A stretch of 37,535 nucleotides of DNA. It comes from a virus (taxonomy: Duplodnaviria > Caudoviricetes). Each line of letters starts with the position of its first letter. The stretch's first letter is position 1. The stretch lies in IMG/VR virus record IMGVR_UViG_3300049782_000137, positions 1-37,535 of that record. One strand, 5' to 3'. Shown here in pieces: positions 34,183-37,535 of the stretch. Made by a program: the position numbers and the translations under genes. Under the pieces are notes generated by a model, which saw only the letters and a program-made list of their open reading frames with translations, did no database searches and was not told where the DNA came from.

Positions 34183-37166
34183 TGCCGCATCTCTATATAC
34201 TAGATAAACAATACAGAGCTGTAGGCATCCTTAGCAATGAATTAGATGATGCTTGCCCATTCTATGAGGATAGACGAACAGAACGTCTAGAACATGCTCT
34301 GCTAACATTTGAATGTACCATACCAGCCAACCACGAAACTGCAAGCCTTCTAACAACGGAAGGCTTTTTAATTTACCCAAATGATGAGGGAGAGTTTGAT
34401 TTATTTAAAATCAAAGAGATTACCGACACCAACGCAAACAACGAATATAGAAAGAAAATTGTTTGTGAAAATGCAGCCGTTTCCGATTTATTGGGCAAAA
34501 TCGTTCGACCTGTCACACTTAACAGCCAAACAATAGAACAAATTATGCTTTACATCTTGCAAGGTACTGGATGGGAACTAGGGCGTGTTGATTACGCTGG
34601 AGCTTATGATTTCAAATTTGAGAAGTACACTAGATCCCTAGCAGCATTACATCAAGTATTGGATACCTTTGGAGCAGAACTTAAATTTAGAGTAGAGTTT
34701 AATAAATTAAATGTCACAGGTCGATTTATTGACGTGCTGGAACTAAGGGGAACCAATGACGGAAGAATGTTCGAGTATGGCCGTGATTTGGCTGAGGTTG
34801 AAAAAATTGAAGATACCAGAGACTTAGTAACGGCGCTTATTGGAGTCGGATCAGATAATCTTACTTTTGCTAATTATAGTCCTCCTGCTGATCCCAAATA
34901 TGAAAAGTTCAATGATTGGGTAGGAAGTATAGAAGCTTTAGAGAGATGGAGTGAAGATGGAGAACATATTTTTGATATTTACGAAGATGAATCTACTAAT
35001 GCAGTAGAGTTATACAACAACACACTCAAACAGTTGGAGATACAAAGTAAACCAAAGCTCACCTACAATGTAAAATTTTCTTATCTGGATGAACCTGTTT
35101 CACTTGGTTCTACTTATCGGATCAAGGATACCACTTATCAACCGGATCTATTTTTAGAGGCTAGGTGTATTGAAAGAACAACCAGCCTAACTGATCCAAC
35201 TAACGATGAGGTGGTTTTTGGTGAATTTCGTCCGCTTGTATTTCAACCAATCAACCCTGATTTATCAGCGATCCGACAGAATGTTAAAAGTATCGTTGGT
35301 GGTCATGTCATTGTTTATGGTCCCACTCAGGACGATACTAAAGGCTTTTATGCTCAGTCGGATGAGTCTATCACGATAGAAGTAACGAACGATGTTCATT
35401 TGGGATATGTTTCTATATTCACAGCAGAAGAAATCACATCGGGAATAGTAGAATTACGAGATGAAAATAACAATGTTATCGAATCGAAATCTTTTGATGC
35501 TACTACTCTTATTCCACAACCTGATAGTGTATATGAATATATACTAAAACTGAATTTTGTATTGTCTTCTACGATCGGAACTTACAAGCTATGGGGTTCC
35601 TTTGATGGAGCTACATTCGTTAGGCTACCTGACGAGATCAGTTTCCCCTATGACAGTGGAGAAATAAGGATTACTGGAACATCTGATGTTGACGGCTACT
35701 ATTGGCACTTTTTCAAACTGCAAGTAGCTGGATCCGGTGTTCTTGGTGGGGCTAGTCAAACCATAACGGTGGGTGATCTGTCCAATAACTTCAGTACTTT
35801 TCGCTCTTTAAACACAGATGGAGAAGCTACTTTTGTAGTAGATAAGGATCAGGTTTCTATTGGAGTGGCAAACATTGGACAAGTCGTTTCTGAAAGCATT
35901 GTTAATTATAGTAGTGATGATTTCACTTTCTATGTAAATGCGAATACAGGCGATGATGAAAATGATGGACTAACATCAGCAACAGCATTTGCAAGTATGG
36001 CTAGGGCATTACAATCAGTACCGAGAATGTGCGATGGGAACGTTACGATCAATATTGAGAGTGATATCAATGAAGATATCAATATACTTGGATTCATTGG
36101 ACTGAATGCAATCAGCATCTATGGAGGCAGTAAGATAGGATCAACATATACTCACTATACGATCATTGGTGATATAGCATTCGACAGTACTACCAAACGG
36201 GTTAATTTTTTCTATGGTCGATATTTTCCGAGGACTCAAAAGACTGGTTCTAGTGGAGCTACCAATTTTGGTGCTAAGTCTCAATATGTATACTTTCGGG
36301 AGTGCTATATTTCTGGAAGAGTTCCAGGGACATCGAGTTATAACACCAACGCGGTTGCATGGAATGACAATGGTTATATTCACCTCTCCCATTGTTATCT
36401 GCAAGACTGGGGAACCAACGCTATACGAGCAGCAAGTCATGGGCGAATTCATTTGGAAGCTTGTGCGGGGACTACTGCAAATGCTGCTGGACGAGTAGGA
36501 GAAGCAACCATTGGGGGACAAATTACGTTTGTAAATGGTACTAATTTATTAACCAACGCTACTACACCAGGATACCCGCAATCTGGGAGCAGTGTTACTA
36601 CTGGCCGTATTATCGCTAGTGTTGGCGGTCTAATCAATGGATCTACCACTGCGATTGACGCAAATGGAGGTGGCGGAACAGGGACAACCCCACCATCAAC
36701 CACACCTACTACTATCACCTACAGTAGTAATAACAGCGGTAGGAGCTATCGATATACAAAATACATTGGATGGCGCAGTGAACTGGATGTTCGAGAAGGT
36801 GATTATGGATATGGAGCACACAAAGGACTGTGGTTCTTTTCTGGAGTTGGTTCCACTCCTCCCTGGATAGGCAAAACAATCAAAGAGATTTGGGTTTATG
36901 TCATCCGTTTGAATGAAGGGGGTGGTGCAGGAACAGTCAGATTTAAAACCCACAATTATTTAAATCAGCCCGTAGGAGAGCCAACGATAGGTACAGCATA
37001 TGTACCAGCTTCTTTTAAATTTGGTGAGAAAAAGTGGGTACGTTTGGATGGGAATTCCACAATAAAATCAGCCTTTGCCGCAAACACAGCGAAGGGCATT
37101 GCGATAGATGGCGGAGCTTATGCCATTTTTTCTATTGCAGCGAATTTAAAAGTGATTTATCAATGA
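34182..37166 (+). CDS. Tal / tail spike protein with C-terminal receptor-binding-like domains
   Basis: N-terminal baseplate-hub motifs (LQGTGWELG, FEYGRDL, LVTALIGVG); YVNANTGDDENDG beta-helix cap; Gly-rich repeats. Start may be 34173 or 34182. Confidence 0.85.
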   Translation: MPHLYILDKQYRAVGILSNELDDACPFYEDRRTERLEHALLTFECTIPANHETASLLTTEGFLIYPNDEGEFDLFKIKEITDTNANNEYRKKIVCENAAVSDLLGKIVRPVTLNSQTIEQIMLYILQGTGWELGRVDYAGAYDFKFEKYTRSLAALHQVLDTFGAELKFRVEFNKLNVTGRFIDVLELRGTNDGRMFEYGRDLAEVEKIEDTRDLVTALIGVGSDNLTFANYSPPADPKYEKFNDWVGSIEALERWSEDGEHIFDIYEDESTNAVELYNNTLKQLEIQSKPKLTYNVKFSYLDEPVSLGSTYRIKDTTYQPDLFLEARCIERTTSLTDPTNDEVVFGEFRPLVFQPINPDLSAIRQNVKSIVGGHVIVYGPTQDDTKGFYAQSDESITIEVTNDVHLGYVSIFTAEEITSGIVELRDENNNVIESKSFDATTLIPQPDSVYEYILKLNFVLSSTIGTYKLWGSFDGATFVRLPDEISFPYDSGEIRITGTSDVDGYYWHFFKLQVAGSGVLGGASQTITVGDLSNNFSTFRSLNTDGEATFVVDKDQVSIGVANIGQVVSESIVNYSSDDFTFYVNANTGDDENDGLTSATAFASMARALQSVPRMCDGNVTINIESDINEDINILGFIGLNAISIYGGSKIGSTYTHYTIIGDIAFDSTTKRVNFFYGRYFPRTQKTGSSGATNFGAKSQYVYFRECYISGRVPGTSSYNTNAVAWNDNGYIHLSHCYLQDWGTNAIRAASHGRIHLEACAGTTANAAGRVGEATIGGQITFVNGTNLLTNATTPGYPQSGSSVTTGRIIASVGGLINGSTTAIDANGGGGTGTTPPSTTPTTITYSSNNSGRSYRYTKYIGWRSELDVREGDYGYGAHKGLWFFSGVGSTPPWIGKTIKEIWVYVIRLNEGGGAGTVRFKTHNYLNQPVGEPTIGTAYVPASFKFGEKKWVRLDGNSTIKSAFAANTAKGIAIDGGAYAIFSIAANLKVIYQ

Positions 37167-37175
37167 TAATTTGAG

Positions 37176-37535
37176 GTGATTGAACAAATGGCACCAAATA
37201 CTTATGGGATTAAAAACTATGGAGTTCCAGTTGACATTGGTTTAACTGTGATTTACACAGCAGGGCCAAATGATGTTACTACACATGGCTTACAGCTTGA
37301 TCAAAAGTATGTTGGATTAATAGTTGATTACGATGGCTTTATTAATGATCCTGATCATGGAAATATATATTACAAATACAAAATTAGATTATTCTTAGGA
37401 AATGGAAATGACCTTACCATTTCAAGGTCTGAACTTCATTATCACACAGCAAAAATGCTAAATTTCACTGAACTAATCCCAACGGATGATGGAACTTTTA
37501 GATTGGTGAACGAAGAAATATTATCCCGTCAATAA
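37176..37535 (+). CDS. Hypothetical tail-region protein
   Basis: ORF following tal; SD GAGGTG favours ATG 37188. Confidence 0.65.
   Translation: MIEQMAPNTYGIKNYGVPVDIGLTVIYTAGPNDVTTHGLQLDQKYVGLIVDYDGFINDPDHGNIYYKYKIRLFLGNGNDLTISRSELHYHTAKMLNFTELIPTDDGTFRLVNEEILSRQ

Larger units (their letters stand above)
1..37535. mobile_element. Temperate siphovirus prophage (partial; att sites and lysis module not seen in window)
   Basis: Canonical integration, immunity, replication, packaging, head and tail gene order. Confidence 0.95.

Noticed and set aside
30555-36953. Numerous antisense and alternate-frame ORFs within tail genes
   Set aside because: Fully overlap strongly supported structural genes, with no independent signals.
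34182-37535. Diversity-generating retroelement or invertible tail-fibre system
   Set aside because: No reverse transcriptase, no TR/VR pair and no invertase visible in the window.

Overview
AT-rich temperate siphovirus prophage, left end through the tail module, from a Bacillota host (probably Bacillales; inferred from gene families and SigA/SD signals). Gene order: large serine integrase; membrane proteins and an anchored thermonuclease; XRE-TPR (RRNPP-like) regulator; CI/Cro switch with five 17-bp operators; BRO antirepressor; ERF, SSB, replication initiator and DnaC-like loader; late activator; morons (secreted HNH toxin plus SMI1/KNR4 immunity, secreted beta/gamma-crystallin, micro-ORF cassettes); terminase; portal-MuF fusion; HK97-type head; tail genes with a -1 frameshift chaperone. 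No att site or lysis genes are visible in the window. Best candidate new system: the XRE-TPR gene is followed by an unannotated 9-codon ORF (MLMGDPTDG) with a perfect SD, its own terminator and no possible signal peptide. Two tandem palindromes upstream of the XRE-TPR gene abut a divergent promoter driving a gene that converges on cI and resembles the CI C-terminus. This suggests an arbitrium-like lysis/lysogeny switch using a leaderless peptide. All calls are by-eye motif recognition; no database searches were run.
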